Shown: positions 10,935 through 21,531, counted from the first letter of the stretch. The stretch: 64,000 nucleotides of DNA from Minisyncoccota bacterium (GCA_046350775.1 JAXLZS010000001.1:545838-609837), one strand, 5' to 3'. Notes: generated by a model from the sequence alone, not told the origin. Numbers and translations: made by a program.

Positions 10935-10942
10935 TCAACAAT

Positions 10943-11380
10943 ATGCCAACAATTAATCAGTTAATCAAAAATAAAAGAAGTAAAGTCGCTAGAAAATCGA
11001 GATCTTTGACTCTAGGACAAGGCTGGAATTCTGTAAAGAATAAAGCTAATTTTTACAATTCTCCTTTTAAAAGAGGGGTTTGTACAAAGGTGACAACTAC
11101 CACTCCAAAGAAGCCTAACTCAGCTCTTCGTAAGATTGCTAGAATTAGACTCACAAATCAGCAAGAAGTCACAGCTTATATTCCAGGAGAAAAGCACAAG
11201 CTTCAAGAGCACTCAGTGGTCATGATTCGCGGAGGAAGGGTAAAAGACCTAGCCGGAGTTAGATATCACATAGTGAGAGGAAGACTTGATGCTACAGGTG
11301 TAGAAAATAGAAAGCAAGGTCGCTCAAGATATGGCGCTAAAAAGCCAAAAGCAGGAGCTGTTACAGCTAAGAAAAAATAA
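10943..11380 (+). CDS. rpsL: 30S ribosomal protein S12
   Basis: [29 protein letters not shown]. Confidence 0.99.
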   Translation: MPTINQLIKNKRSKVARKSRSLTLGQGWNSVKNKANFYNSPFKRGVCTKVTTTTPKKPNSALRKIARIRLTNQQEVTAYIPGEKHKLQEHSVVMIRGGRVKDLAGVRYHIVRGRLDATGVENRKQGRSRYGAKKPKAGAVTAKKK

Positions 11381-11386
11381 TTTTCT

Positions 11387-11427
11387 AAATAAAAACACTT
11401 CACACTTGTGAAGTGTTTTTATTTTTT
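11387..11427 (+). terminator. Intrinsic terminator after rpsL
   Basis: AAAAACACTTCAC-ACTT-GTGAAGTGTTTTT followed by a T run. Confidence 0.85.
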
Positions 11428-11524
11428 CCACAAAAATTTAAATAAATATTCTGCAATATATTATAGGTTGTGATAGAATGTAGATATGATAATGTGTCTC
11501 TATCTTATATCAAATTAAAACTTT

Positions 11525-14500
11525 ATGAATGTAAAAAAAACCACGTTTAGTTATTTTATAGTATCGTTATTTTTGTTTTCTACTCTTTTTTCTGTGGTTG
11601 GAGCTAAGAATGATAATCTCTTAACAAGATGGGATCTATTTTCTATAAATATATATTGTAAAGTTAATAGTCTTTTTAATATTAATAATCCAAAGTGTGA
11701 CTACACCAATATTCCTAAACAAATATCTGATATACAAATTCAAATAGACAATTTACCTAAAGAAAATAATACTAAAATAGTATATACAGCGACTTCTGGA
11801 GTTCAGTATATATATATCAGAGGCCCTAAAGGTGACACAGGATTACAGGGTCCAAAAGGAGACACTGTGTATATAGGCGCCAATGGTGCCACAACTACAA
11901 GTTGGGCTGATATTTGGAATAGTACAAATAGCCGAGAAATAAAATATCAATATGTGCCAGTAGCTAGTGGAGGAGGTAATGGGATCAATGGCACAAATGG
12001 AACAAATGGTACCAATGGAAAAAATGGTAAGGACGGAAATTATATAACTTTAATCACTCAAAATTCTACAAGTACAACTTATTATATTTATGATCCTAAT
12101 ACGAATTCTACTTCTACAATAGTAGTGGCTAGTCCTTATATCTCTTCAAATTCTCCAGTCACAATAGAAAATGGAAATTCTTTATTTTCAACAGGATTGA
12201 CCGGCACAGGCAGTTCGTCTTTAGCTACAAATTCTGTCTTCTTAGGAGAGGATGCCGGCAATGGTGCAACCAACGCCTCTTATTCAAACTTCTTTGGTCC
12301 TAGTGCTGGCTCAGGTGCAACCAGTGCCTTCCAATCTAACTTTTTGGGATATAAGGCTGGCCATAATGCAACATACGCTTACGGTTCAAACTTCTTAGGC
12401 ACATATGCTGGCAATAGTGCAACTGGTGCTTTTTATTCAAATTTTATTGGACAAAATGCTGGACAAAATGCAGCATCTGCTTACTCTTCCAACTTTTTAG
12501 GAGAGGTTGCCGGCAATGGTGCCACCAACGCTGCCAACTCAATATTCATCGGAAGAAGTGCTGGTCAAAATGATACAGTAGATAATACAATCAACGGTCT
12601 CTCTTCTATACTCATAGGCTCATACACTAATACGGGAGGATATTCTAATTCTATATTACTCGGTAGTGGTACAAGTGGATCTCCAATCTCAAATACAAAA
12701 GCAAACCAATTCATGCTTGCTCCTTCTATCACAGAATTAAATCTAAGAGGAGTTAATTACACTTTGCCTTCTACTATCGGTGCAACAGGTACAGTCCTCA
12801 CAAATGATGGTAGTGGAGTACTCAGTTGGGGAGTGGGAGGGGGAGGTTTTGGTGGAGGAACAACAACCATAACCTCACTTATAACTGGTGTCGCTCCCAT
12901 ATATCAAGGAGTTATATTAGACGAGCATTTCACTGGATCTTCTTTAGATACTGATACATGGTCAGCAGAAACAACTCCTACAGGAGTAACTGTTAATAAT
13001 AAATTAATAGTCTCATCAGGACAATCAGACTGGAGTAGATATATGGAATTTAAAAAGCATTATCTTTATGAGAAAGAAGACATTATTTTCGACTTTAAGC
13101 CATTAACCAAGAATTCAGGAGATGCATGGGGAATTACTCAAAATAGTTTGCTTGTATTATATAATAGCTCAATATATTTAAAAGTAGATCTTTCTAATGG
13201 TGTAAATAGCGGTAGACTTTCTATAGGAAACACAACTGCCGCAAATGAATATGGATATTCACAAGCTTTAGATTTTAATGCTGGAGACAATTTAAGATTA
13301 ACTATAAAACGTACACCGTGGAAAACTATAACAATATTAGAAAATTTGACAGATTCATCAAAACCAAAAGCATATGGTGAGTTTGATTTAAGACAATGGG
13401 GAACTCAAGGCAATTATCGTATCTCTTTTTTGGGTGGACAGCAAGAATTTACAAATATAAAAATTGATTCTAAAGTAAGAAATTATGGAGGCACAAAAGG
13501 GGTAGTATTTTTTGGAGATTCTATAACTAATGGTATTGGGGCCACTTCTGTAAGTAAAAGATGGACGGATGTTTTAATGAAAGGGCAGCAGAATCTGTTT
13601 GAAAATATGGGTATAGGTTCTTGGTTAACTGGTACCATGAATTCATCTAGAGTGACAGAATTATTGACCGGAATAAATGCTAAGTATTTATTTATAAATT
13701 TTGGTTATAATGATTTTGCGCAATATACTCCAACTTCAACTTATAGGGCAAATCTAGAAACTATCGCTACCACAGCCCAAGCTATGGGGTATACAACAAT
13801 ATTCGTTTCTCCATTTCCTAATGCTACGTACGACAGTTCATCTTATGCATCAGCTATGCAGACAGCAGCTGCTAATACTGGTAGTAAATATATAAGTATT
13901 ATTAATGCTACTTCTATTGGTGGAGTAGCAAATCCTAACTATTTATATGATGGAGTTCATCCTAATGATGAGGGATATAGAGTTATCGCTGAAGAAATAA
14001 AAAAACAAATTCCAGAAGTTTACAGTGATATGGTAAACAATATAGATTCAGGAAGTATTAAGAGTTATGATATGCCATTTGCTTTTGGTAATGAGAGTAT
14101 AGTCACTGTCGGATCTGATGGTATATTTAGACAGGCTTTAGCAGAGCAGTTCATAACAAAGAATTCACTAAGATTACAATCTATAGCATACGAGACACAA
14201 GACGGCTCAGTATCTTTATCTGGTGATATCATTCAAGGGGGATCTTTTCAACAAAAAAGTAATAATGGATTAAGGATAGGCTTTAATAATGGAGCTTATG
14301 ATAATAACGGCTCAAATATAACAATAACAAATGCTGGTACAGGAGGATCTGGGCATCCTCAACTCTTCAATACTATAAATGGCACTGAAAATATTATAAT
14401 AAATGCTTTGGCTCAAGTAGGAAAAGCAAATGCTGCTGGCTCTGTTTCCGGAAATAGAAATTTATTATTACAGACACCAATACCAAATTCTTATGATCTA

Positions 14501-16015
14501 TCTGGCAGTAGAAATATATTGATGTCATCAACAAATTTTGCCTTAAATACAGGAAGTGATAATATTTTAATAGGAGATCAATCAGGAGGACTGTTAACTA
14601 GTGGTAGCTATAATATAGCTCTTACTAGTAGACTTAATTATAATGGAGGAAGTTCTAGTTGGTCTGCTAATAATGCGGTAGGTACTATTATGATAGGTAC
14701 TCCATATGATTATTCTGGAGAAGAGCCACTGTCAAATGGAGAGGTTGTCATATCTTCTTATACAAGGTTTCAAAGAATTTATACATTTGGTACAAAGGGA
14801 GGACTTCAAACTTCTGTTGTTTGGAGACCGGGATATCAAGGAGGCATAAACTCTGCTGGAGCACCTCTTTATATACAAGGTACAAGAGCGACAGGTAATG
14901 CTGAGCCTGGTAATATAGTATTTCAGTTCTCGACACCGGGATCATCAGGAAGTGCTGTGCAAGGTACTTTTAGTGATACTCTTACTTTGTCTAGAAACTC
15001 TATATTTGCAAATAAAAACGTTGGTATTTTACAATCAAATCCTTCCTATGCTTTGCATGTAGGATCCTCAAGTATATCTGATGGTGCTACATTATTAAGA
15101 TTGGAAGATATAAATAGTACTTGTGATTTTAACGCTAATTCTGGATCTCCATCTTGTGGATCTGATATCACTCTTAAAAAAGATATATCATCTCTAGATA
15201 CATCTGATATCTTAATTAAGATAGGCAAACTTACTCCAGTGTCTTATCATTGGAAAACTCAAAAAGATGATGATATCTTAAATTATGGATTTATAGCTCA
15301 AGATGTCGGTGCACAATTTCCAGATCTTGTACATGAGGGTACATGGGTTGATGGTAGTAAAAGACTATTTTTGAATACTGGTGGGCTTATGCCTTATGTG
15401 GTTGGAGCAATCAAAGAACTCAACAACAAAGCACTATTTGCTAGTGTAGGATCATCAACACTAGTAAACAATACTCTCCAGACTTCTCTAAATGATTTCT
15501 CTTTATTCATATCTACTCTCAATGATAACAATCTAGTATCTACAAATCTCACCAATCTCCACGATCTATTTTCAAGTTCTTCTCTCTCAGCTATCAAATC
15601 TTTAACTAACACTCTCACACAATCAGGATTTGATCTTAATCTAAATGGAAACGCTCTCACCAATGTTAAATCTATTCAGAGTATGAGTGGAAATTGGAGG
15701 GTGGGGGAGGATGGAAAAATAATAGCAAAGACAATAAGGGTAGAAGGAATAGAGTTAAAAGATATAGATGGAAATTGGTATTGTTATGGATCACAAAATG
15801 GAAATCTGGTAAAAATTGGTATTGCTCCATGCTCGGATTCTGATTTAAACAATCTTCAATTTTCAAATAATCAATCCCCATCTACTCCTATTTCTACGAC
15901 AGAGCCTACAAGTACTGCTACCACCACAAATCAAGATTTAGGTACATCTTCTCCAGTAGAAGCAGATCCTTCTTCTTTAGATCCTAACACTACACCCGTT
16001 TCTGATCTTGAATAA
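11525..16015 (+). CDS. Secreted fibre-like protein with collagen-like stretch, 17-aa repeats, SGNH/GDSL hydrolase domain and peptidase S74 domain
   Basis: Signal peptide; GPKGDTGLQGPKGD; about 7 SNFxG repeats; FFGDSITNG...NFGYND...DGVHPN; SDITLKK...YGFIAQDV...FPDLV. Confidence 0.85.
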   Translation: MNVKKTTFSYFIVSLFLFSTLFSVVGAKNDNLLTRWDLFSINIYCKVNSLFNINNPKCDYTNIPKQISDIQIQIDNLPKENNTKIVYTATSGVQYIYIRGPKGDTGLQGPKGDTVYIGANGATTTSWADIWNSTNSREIKYQYVPVASGGGNGINGTNGTNGTNGKNGKDGNYITLITQNSTSTTYYIYDPNTNSTSTIVVASPYISSNSPVTIENGNSLFSTGLTGTGSSSLATNSVFLGEDAGNGATNASYSNFFGPSAGSGATSAFQSNFLGYKAGHNATYAYGSNFLGTYAGNSATGAFYSNFIGQNAGQNAASAYSSNFLGEVAGNGATNAANSIFIGRSAGQNDTVDNTINGLSSILIGSYTNTGGYSNSILLGSGTSGSPISNTKANQFMLAPSITELNLRGVNYTLPSTIGATGTVLTNDGSGVLSWGVGGGGFGGGTTTITSLITGVAPIYQGVILDEHFTGSSLDTDTWSAETTPTGVTVNNKLIVSSGQSDWSRYMEFKKHYLYEKEDIIFDFKPLTKNSGDAWGITQNSLLVLYNSSIYLKVDLSNGVNSGRLSIGNTTAANEYGYSQALDFNAGDNLRLTIKRTPWKTITILENLTDSSKPKAYGEFDLRQWGTQGNYRISFLGGQQEFTNIKIDSKVRNYGGTKGVVFFGDSITNGIGATSVSKRWTDVLMKGQQNLFENMGIGSWLTGTMNSSRVTELLTGINAKYLFINFGYNDFAQYTPTSTYRANLETIATTAQAMGYTTIFVSPFPNATYDSSSYASAMQTAAANTGSKYISIINATSIGGVANPNYLYDGVHPNDEGYRVIAEEIKKQIPEVYSDMVNNIDSGSIKSYDMPFAFGNESIVTVGSDGIFRQALAEQFITKNSLRLQSIAYETQDGSVSLSGDIIQGGSFQQKSNNGLRIGFNNGAYDNNGSNITITNAGTGGSGHPQLFNTINGTENIIINALAQVGKANAAGSVSGNRNLLLQTPIPNSYDLSGSRNILMSSTNFALNTGSDNILIGDQSGGLLTSGSYNIALTSRLNYNGGSSSWSANNAVGTIMIGTPYDYSGEEPLSNGEVVISSYTRFQRIYTFGTKGGLQTSVVWRPGYQGGINSAGAPLYIQGTRATGNAEPGNIVFQFSTPGSSGSAVQGTFSDTLTLSRNSIFANKNVGILQSNPSYALHVGSSSISDGATLLRLEDINSTCDFNANSGSPSCGSDITLKKDISSLDTSDILIKIGKLTPVSYHWKTQKDDDILNYGFIAQDVGAQFPDLVHEGTWVDGSKRLFLNTGGLMPYVVGAIKELNNKALFASVGSSTLVNNTLQTSLNDFSLFISTLNDNNLVSTNLTNLHDLFSSSSLSAIKSLTNTLTQSGFDLNLNGNALTNVKSIQSMSGNWRVGEDGKIIAKTIRVEGIELKDIDGNWYCYGSQNGNLVKIGIAPCSDSDLNNLQFSNNQSPSTPISTTEPTSTATTTNQDLGTSSPVEADPSSLDPNTTPVSDLE
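12518..12847 (+). repeat. 330-bp cassette B, copy 2
   Basis: Matches 1905..2234. Confidence 0.95.
15408..15714 (+). repeat. 307-bp cassette A, copy 2
   Basis: Matches 340..646. Confidence 0.95.
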
Positions 16016-16187
16016 TACCTTAATTTGCAAATATTTGGTCTTTATGTTAATATGAGTCCACTGTTTGTAATCAGTTAATTAAATATATTATTCTTTATTT
16101 ATAGATATTTATATTTGTTTATTAAGAATAATATATTTATTTTACTTGATATTCTTACAGTTTTAAAAACAATTAATATTTTTAATT

Positions 16188-16373
16188 ATGGCAAAAACGT
16201 CTGTCAAAGCAAGAGCTGCAAAGGCTCCAAAATTTTCTTCTCGTATAGTTAGAAGATGTTTTAAGTGTGGTCGAAGACATGGTTACATGAGAGATTTTGA
16301 TCTCTGTAGAATTTGTTTCCGTGAATTAGCAAACGAGGGTATGATCCCTGGTGTTAAAAAATCATCTTGGTAA
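16188..16373 (+). CDS. rpsN: 30S ribosomal protein S14, zinc-binding (type Z)
   Basis: 61 aa; RCFKCGR...LCRICFRELA..G.IPGVKKSSW. Confidence 0.98.
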   Translation: MAKTSVKARAAKAPKFSSRIVRRCFKCGRRHGYMRDFDLCRICFRELANEGMIPGVKKSSW

Positions 16374-16400
16374 TACAAGCTAAAAAAGAAATAAAAATAT

Positions 16401-16802
16401 ATGGATCAAATAGCAAACATGTTAAGTAGTATAAAAAACGCAGGACTCGTAAAAAGAGATTCTATTGTCGTTCCTCACTCTACCATCAAAGCTTCTATTT
16501 TAGAAGTTTTAAAAAGAGAAGGTTTTATAAAGACTTTTGAAATTATTGACTCTGGAAAAAACAAAAAAGAACTAAAAATAGTTCTAGAATATGTCGGAAA
16601 ACACCCAAACGTTTCTCCACGCGTAAATAATATTGAAAGAGTTTCAAAATTATCAAAAAGAGTCTATATTGGTTATAGAGATCTACACAAATTTAAATTC
16701 GGAAAAGGTTTAATAATTGTCTCTACTCCAAAAGGTATTCTTACCAATAAAGAAGCTCGTAAAGAGTTGGTCGGCGGTGAAGTATTATTTAATATCTGGT
16801 AA
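16401..16802 (+). CDS. rpsH: 30S ribosomal protein S8
   Basis: DQIANML..IKNA, RVSK..KRVY, STPKG, GGEVL..IW. Confidence 0.97.
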   Translation: MDQIANMLSSIKNAGLVKRDSIVVPHSTIKASILEVLKREGFIKTFEIIDSGKNKKELKIVLEYVGKHPNVSPRVNNIERVSKLSKRVYIGYRDLHKFKFGKGLIIVSTPKGILTNKEARKELVGGEVLFNIW

Positions 16803-16811
16803 ACTAAATTT

Positions 16812-17348
16812 ATGTCAAGAATAGGAAAACAAAATCTAAATATTCCATCAGGTGTCAGCGTATCTCTTGCTGATGGTATTTTAACTGTAAAAGGACCAAA
16901 AGGTGAGCTAAAAAGAAATATTAATCAAGATCTTGTTAAGATTAATATTGAAAATGAATCAGTCACCAGTGAGCCTCTAAGAAATGACAAAGTCTCAAAA
17001 GCTTTATGGGGTACATATATGTCTCATATACAAAATATGATAGCTGGTGTTCAAAATCCATTCGAGAAAAAGCTTTTAATAGAAGGAGTTGGTTTTAAAT
17101 GGGAAGTGAAAGGAGACAAGATTCAGCTAAATGTGGGTTTTTCTCATTCTGTATTTCTAGATATTCCAAAAGAATTGACAGTTACAGCAGAAAAAGGAAC
17201 ACTTAGTATAACTGGTCTCGACAAAGAATTGGTTGCTAAATTTGCAATGCAAGTACGCAAACAAAAGCCTGGAGAGCCTTACAAAGGAAAGGGTATAAGA
17301 TATTCAACTGAAGTCTTACGTAGAAAACAAGGTAAGAAGTCTGCATAA
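16812..17348 (+). CDS. rplF: 50S ribosomal protein L6
   Basis: MSRIGK, VKGPKGEL, GFSH, EPYKGKGIRY. Confidence 0.98.
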   Translation: MSRIGKQNLNIPSGVSVSLADGILTVKGPKGELKRNINQDLVKINIENESVTSEPLRNDKVSKALWGTYMSHIQNMIAGVQNPFEKKLLIEGVGFKWEVKGDKIQLNVGFSHSVFLDIPKELTVTAEKGTLSITGLDKELVAKFAMQVRKQKPGEPYKGKGIRYSTEVLRRKQGKKSA

Positions 17349-17365
17349 TATTTAAAAGAAAAACT

Positions 17366-17731
17366 ATGAAAAAAGTAATTTTAAAAACTAAAAATGAAAA
17401 AAGAAGAAAGTTGCATAAGAAAATTCGTGCAAAGATTTTTGGTACTGCAGAGACTCCTCGCCTTGCTGTCTGGAAATCAAACAGATTTATCTATGCTCAA
17501 CTTATCAATGATGATGAAAATAAAATCATAGCTAGCGCAAGTGATATAAAGACTTATCTTGATGCGAAGATTAATAAAGTTGAATCAGCAAAAAAGATAG
17601 GTTTAGAAATTGCAGAACTTGCAAAGAAGCTAAAAATATCAAAGATTGTTTTTGATAGAGGAGGTTTTCCTTATAAAGGTCGTGTAGCTGCTCTTGCTAC
17701 TGGTGCTAGAGAGGGTGGTCTAGAGTTTTAA
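17366..17731 (+). CDS. rplR: 50S ribosomal protein L18
   Basis: PRLAV.KSN..IYAQLI.D, VFDRGG..Y.GRV.ALA..AREGGL.F. Confidence 0.98.
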   Translation: MKKVILKTKNEKRRKLHKKIRAKIFGTAETPRLAVWKSNRFIYAQLINDDENKIIASASDIKTYLDAKINKVESAKKIGLEIAELAKKLKISKIVFDRGGFPYKGRVAALATGAREGGLEF

Positions 17732-17752
17732 AATATTATATATTATAAAGAT

Positions 17753-18385
17753 ATGCCAAATACAAATTTAGAAAATCAAAATGAAGAATTAGAAAACATC
17801 GCAACAGCAGATGTTAAGCAGGTCGTTATTGACGATGAAGTTATTTCCGTTGATGAAAACACACCTTCATCTGGAAGTGATTTCAAAAAAGGTGGTCGCA
17901 AGACTAATGGAAAAGGCAAAGGTGGATCTAGACCTCCTCGCGCTCCTCGCGAAAAGCCTGAGTTTGATACAAAGACAATTGACGTCCGCCGTGTGACTCG
18001 TGTGGTATCAGGAGGAAGAAGATTTTCTCTTGCTGTCGCATTAGCTGCTGGTGATAGAAATGGTAGAATCGGATTTGGTACAGGAAAAGCTCTAGATACA
18101 CAACTAGCTATTGAAAAAGCTACAAAGTCTGCAAAGAAAAATATGATGACTTTAAAGCTCGCAAAAGGTAATAAGATACCTTATGATGTTAAAGTAAAAT
18201 ACAAATCAGCTTCTCTGTGGCTAACTCCAAATAAAGGAAAGGGTATTGTGGCGGGATCTTCTGCTAGAGCAATACTTTCTCTTGCTGGAGTAAATGATGT
18301 GACAGCAAAATTCCATTCAGGAACAAAAAATAAAATGAATAATGCAAAAGCTACAATAAAAGCTTTACAAATGTTTACCAAATAA
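17753..18385 (+). CDS. rpsE: 30S ribosomal protein S5 with acidic N-terminal extension
   Basis: RRVTRVVSGGRRFS, GD..G.IG.G.GKA. Confidence 0.97.
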   Translation: MPNTNLENQNEELENIATADVKQVVIDDEVISVDENTPSSGSDFKKGGRKTNGKGKGGSRPPRAPREKPEFDTKTIDVRRVTRVVSGGRRFSLAVALAAGDRNGRIGFGTGKALDTQLAIEKATKSAKKNMMTLKLAKGNKIPYDVKVKYKSASLWLTPNKGKGIVAGSSARAILSLAGVNDVTAKFHSGTKNKMNNAKATIKALQMFTK

Positions 18386-18405
18386 TTAATTTAATAAATA
18401 AATTT

Positions 18406-18840
18406 ATGCAAACCCATCAAATCAAAAGAACTCACAAATTAAAGAAAGCAAAACAAATTGCTCGTGGTGGTAGACGTGGTAAACAAGCTGGTCGTGGAGG
18501 AAAAGGTCAGACAGCACGTGCCGGAAATAAAGTTCGCCCAGCATTACGTGATACAATTAAAAAGCTTCCAAAGCTACGTGGTCACGGCATCAATCGTCCA
18601 CACACAGTAGTATTTAGAGATGCAAAAACTTTTGCTGTTGTAAATCTAGGTCAATTAAATATTTTTGAAAATGGTGAAGTTGTAAATCCAACATCACTCG
18701 TAGCAAAAGGATTAATCAAAAAAAGACATGGCAAACTTCCAAAAGTAAAAATACTTGCCAAAGGTGAAATTACTAAAAAAATCCAAGTTGAAAACTGTAC
18801 TCTCAGTAAATCAGCTGAAGAAAAAATAAAAGCTTTATAA
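18406..18840 (+). CDS. rplO: 50S ribosomal protein L15
   Basis: GRGGKGQTARAG, KLPKLRG, VKILAKG; rpmD is absent upstream. Confidence 0.96.
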   Translation: MQTHQIKRTHKLKKAKQIARGGRRGKQAGRGGKGQTARAGNKVRPALRDTIKKLPKLRGHGINRPHTVVFRDAKTFAVVNLGQLNIFENGEVVNPTSLVAKGLIKKRHGKLPKVKILAKGEITKKIQVENCTLSKSAEEKIKAL

Positions 18841-18846
18841 TAAAAT

Positions 18847-20112
18847 ATGAAAACTCTAAAAAGAATTTTTCAAGACAAAGTTTTAAGAAATAGAATTTTG
18901 TTTGTTATTGGTATTTTGGCTATTACAAGATTATTAGCAGCTATACCAGTACCTGGCGTGGATAAGGCGGCTCTAGCCAATGCTATGTCCAGCAATAGCT
19001 TTTTAGGATTTCTAAATATATTCTCAGGAGGAGGACTTTCTTCTTTTTCTATTATAATGCTCGGAGTAGGGCCATACATCACAGCTTCTATTATTATGCA
19101 GCTTTTTACTGTCCTCATCCCAAAGTTTAAAGAGATGTATCAAGAAGAGGGTGAGATTGGTAGAAAAAAGTTTTCTCAATATTCTCGCTTGCTTACAGTG
19201 CCTCTAGCCATAGTTCAAGGTTATGCTATTCTTACTCTTTTGACTTCACAAAAAATAGTCGACCCTCTTTCTGGTCCAGAAATGATTTTTAATATCTTGA
19301 TCATTACTACCGGATCACTACTTCTTATGTGGCTTGGTGAGCAGATAAATGAATATGGTATTGGAAATGGTGTCTCACTTATAATCTTTGCTGGTATAGT
19401 AGCAAGTCTTCCAACAAAAATTTTCCAGACCTTCGTCGCTTTTGATGTTTCTATGATACCTATGATTATAGCTATTTGTATTTTAGCTTTAGTCGTGATA
19501 GCTGGCATTGTCTATGTCACAGAAGCTGAAAGACCTATCTCTATAACCTACTCAAAACAAGCAAGTAGCTTTTATGGTTCATCTGGTATTACCAATACTT
19601 ATCTTCCGTTAAGACTTAACCAGGCGGGAGTCATACCGATAATCTTTGCTGTCTCCCTTCTTCTCTTTCCTCAGATGATAGCTCAAATTTTAAAAAATTC
19701 TGCAAACCTCACTCTTCAATCCGTCTCTACAAATATAAATTCTTTCTTATCAAATACTCTTTATTATGGAATTATTTATTTTGTGTTGGTAGTTTTGTTT
19801 ACTTATTTTTATACCGCAGTGACTTTCGATTCTGCAAAGACCGCTGAAAATCTACAAAAGTCAGGAGCCTTTATTCCTGGATATAGACCTGGAGTGGCTA
19901 CTGCGGACTATATTGGAGGTGTGCTTTCTAGGGTTACTTTCTTCGGAGCTTTCTTCTTAGGATTTATTGCTGTATTACCAATTATAGTCCAAGGATTAAC
20001 AAATGGAGCAAGTAGTATCACTATTGGTGGTACATCTCTTCTCATCGCAGTATCTGTGATTATAGACTTTGTAAAAAAAGTAGATGCCCAACTCACAATG
20101 AGAGAGTACTAA
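18847..20112 (+). CDS. secY: Preprotein translocase subunit SecY
   Basis: LGVGPYITASII.QL, GIGNG.SLIIFAGI, FIPG.RPG, GGTSLLI.V. Confidence 0.98.
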   Translation: MKTLKRIFQDKVLRNRILFVIGILAITRLLAAIPVPGVDKAALANAMSSNSFLGFLNIFSGGGLSSFSIIMLGVGPYITASIIMQLFTVLIPKFKEMYQEEGEIGRKKFSQYSRLLTVPLAIVQGYAILTLLTSQKIVDPLSGPEMIFNILIITTGSLLLMWLGEQINEYGIGNGVSLIIFAGIVASLPTKIFQTFVAFDVSMIPMIIAICILALVVIAGIVYVTEAERPISITYSKQASSFYGSSGITNTYLPLRLNQAGVIPIIFAVSLLLFPQMIAQILKNSANLTLQSVSTNINSFLSNTLYYGIIYFVLVVLFTYFYTAVTFDSAKTAENLQKSGAFIPGYRPGVATADYIGGVLSRVTFFGAFFLGFIAVLPIIVQGLTNGASSITIGGTSLLIAVSVIIDFVKKVDAQLTMREY

Positions 20113-20136
20113 TTAGACTAAAAGATAAAGTATTAT

Positions 20137-20176
20137 AAAAATAAAATCCTCTTTATTTAAGAGGATTTTATTTTTT
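20137..20176 (+). terminator. Intrinsic terminator after secY
   Basis: AAAATCCTCTT...AAGAGGATTTT followed by a T run. Confidence 0.75.
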
Positions 20177-20214
20177 ACAAAATTCAAAATTCGTGATATT
20201 ATTTGTCTAATATC

Positions 20215-21024
20215 ATGTCTAATATAAAACTAAAAACAGACTTAACAACTATTAAAAATCTTCGTGAATCCTGTAGAAGAATAGCTTTTGTTATTAAAAA
20301 AGTCGGCGAAGAAATAAAACCAGGAGTATCGCTTTTAGAATTAGACAAATTAGCTTATCGATTGATAACTGAAAGCCAAAATGGAAAGACAGATAAAGAT
20401 AAGCCAGCTTTTTTAAATTATCAGCCGTATGGTGCAGCTTTTCCATATCCTGCATCACTTTGTATTTCAGTAAACGATGCAGTGGTACATGGTATACCAG
20501 ATGAATATATTTTAAAAGAGGGGGATATTGTGACTCTCGATGGTGGCATAAATCACAAAGGTATGATATCTGATCATGCTATCACATTTCCAGTCGGAAA
20601 AATTTCTAAAGAAAATGAAGAATTGTTGCGAGTCACAAAGGGTGCTCTTATGGCTGGTATAAAGGTAGCAGTAGCAGGAAATTATGTAAATGATATTTCT
20701 AAAGCTATAGAAAATTATATTGTCAGTGAAGGTAAAAAAATAAATATGAAATTTGGTATTATAAAAATCTTGTCTGGTCATGGTGTGGGATACAAAGTAC
20801 ATGAAGAGCCTTTTGTGCCAAATTTTGATGATGGAGTACGTGGTCCAAAGCTTGTCCCTGGTATGGTACTCGCAATAGAGCCAATGCTCAATCTTGGTAG
20901 TGAAGAAGTTTATTTAGAAGATGACGGATATACATTTAAAACTGTTGATGGTAAAAACTCAGCTCATTTTGAACATACTATTTTAATCACCAAAAACAAG
21001 CCAGAGATACTTACAGTAATGTAA
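20215..21024 (+). CDS. map: Methionine aminopeptidase type I
   Basis: CISVND.VVHGIP, GHGVG...HEEP, AIEPM, SAHFEHTI; ATG at 20215 preferred. Confidence 0.97.
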   Translation: MSNIKLKTDLTTIKNLRESCRRIAFVIKKVGEEIKPGVSLLELDKLAYRLITESQNGKTDKDKPAFLNYQPYGAAFPYPASLCISVNDAVVHGIPDEYILKEGDIVTLDGGINHKGMISDHAITFPVGKISKENEELLRVTKGALMAGIKVAVAGNYVNDISKAIENYIVSEGKKINMKFGIIKILSGHGVGYKVHEEPFVPNFDDGVRGPKLVPGMVLAIEPMLNLGSEEVYLEDDGYTFKTVDGKNSAHFEHTILITKNKPEILTVM

Positions 21025-21117
21025 TTATTGATAATTTTTTATTTGACCAATCATCATTATAATGGTAGTATGTATACCTGTTCTTTAAACAATTATTTTT
21101 CACATAATATTTAACAA

Positions 21118-21531
21118 ATGTCAAAGCGAATTGTCTCAGCAGAACTTAAATTTTTTACAGAAAAGTTCGAATTATTTTTTCGGAAAAACATTGCTTCCGG
21201 TACCTATATTATTTATAAGTATCTTAAAAAAGATTACGATTTTCTATTATATATAATGTCTTCAAAGCCCGGAAGATGGAATGATTATATAACAGAAAAT
21301 GTTAGGTATACTCTGTTCAAGAATTTACCAAGCGAAACAGGCGATGTTTCCATTCCAAAATATTTAAGGAAAAAGATTTTTAAACCACGTATTTCTTTTT
21401 CCCACACTGGAGAAAACATTGTAAGAATGTTTGAAAAAAGTGAAGGATTAAAAAAATATTGTAAGGAGTGGTTTAAGGAGAATTATTATAAAGAGATTCC
21501 TGCTGAAATCCTTAAAAAAATCGAAAAGTAA
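21118..21531 (+). CDS. Hypothetical protein
   Basis: 137-aa ORF with its own promoter (TTGACC-17-TAGTAT) and terminator. Confidence 0.65.
   Translation: MSKRIVSAELKFFTEKFELFFRKNIASGTYIIYKYLKKDYDFLLYIMSSKPGRWNDYITENVRYTLFKNLPSETGDVSIPKYLRKKIFKPRISFSHTGENIVRMFEKSEGLKKYCKEWFKENYYKEIPAEILKKIEK

Noticed and set aside
18386-18405. Absence of rpmD (uL30) between rpsE and rplO
   Set aside because: Real, but an established general CPR trait rather than a novelty.
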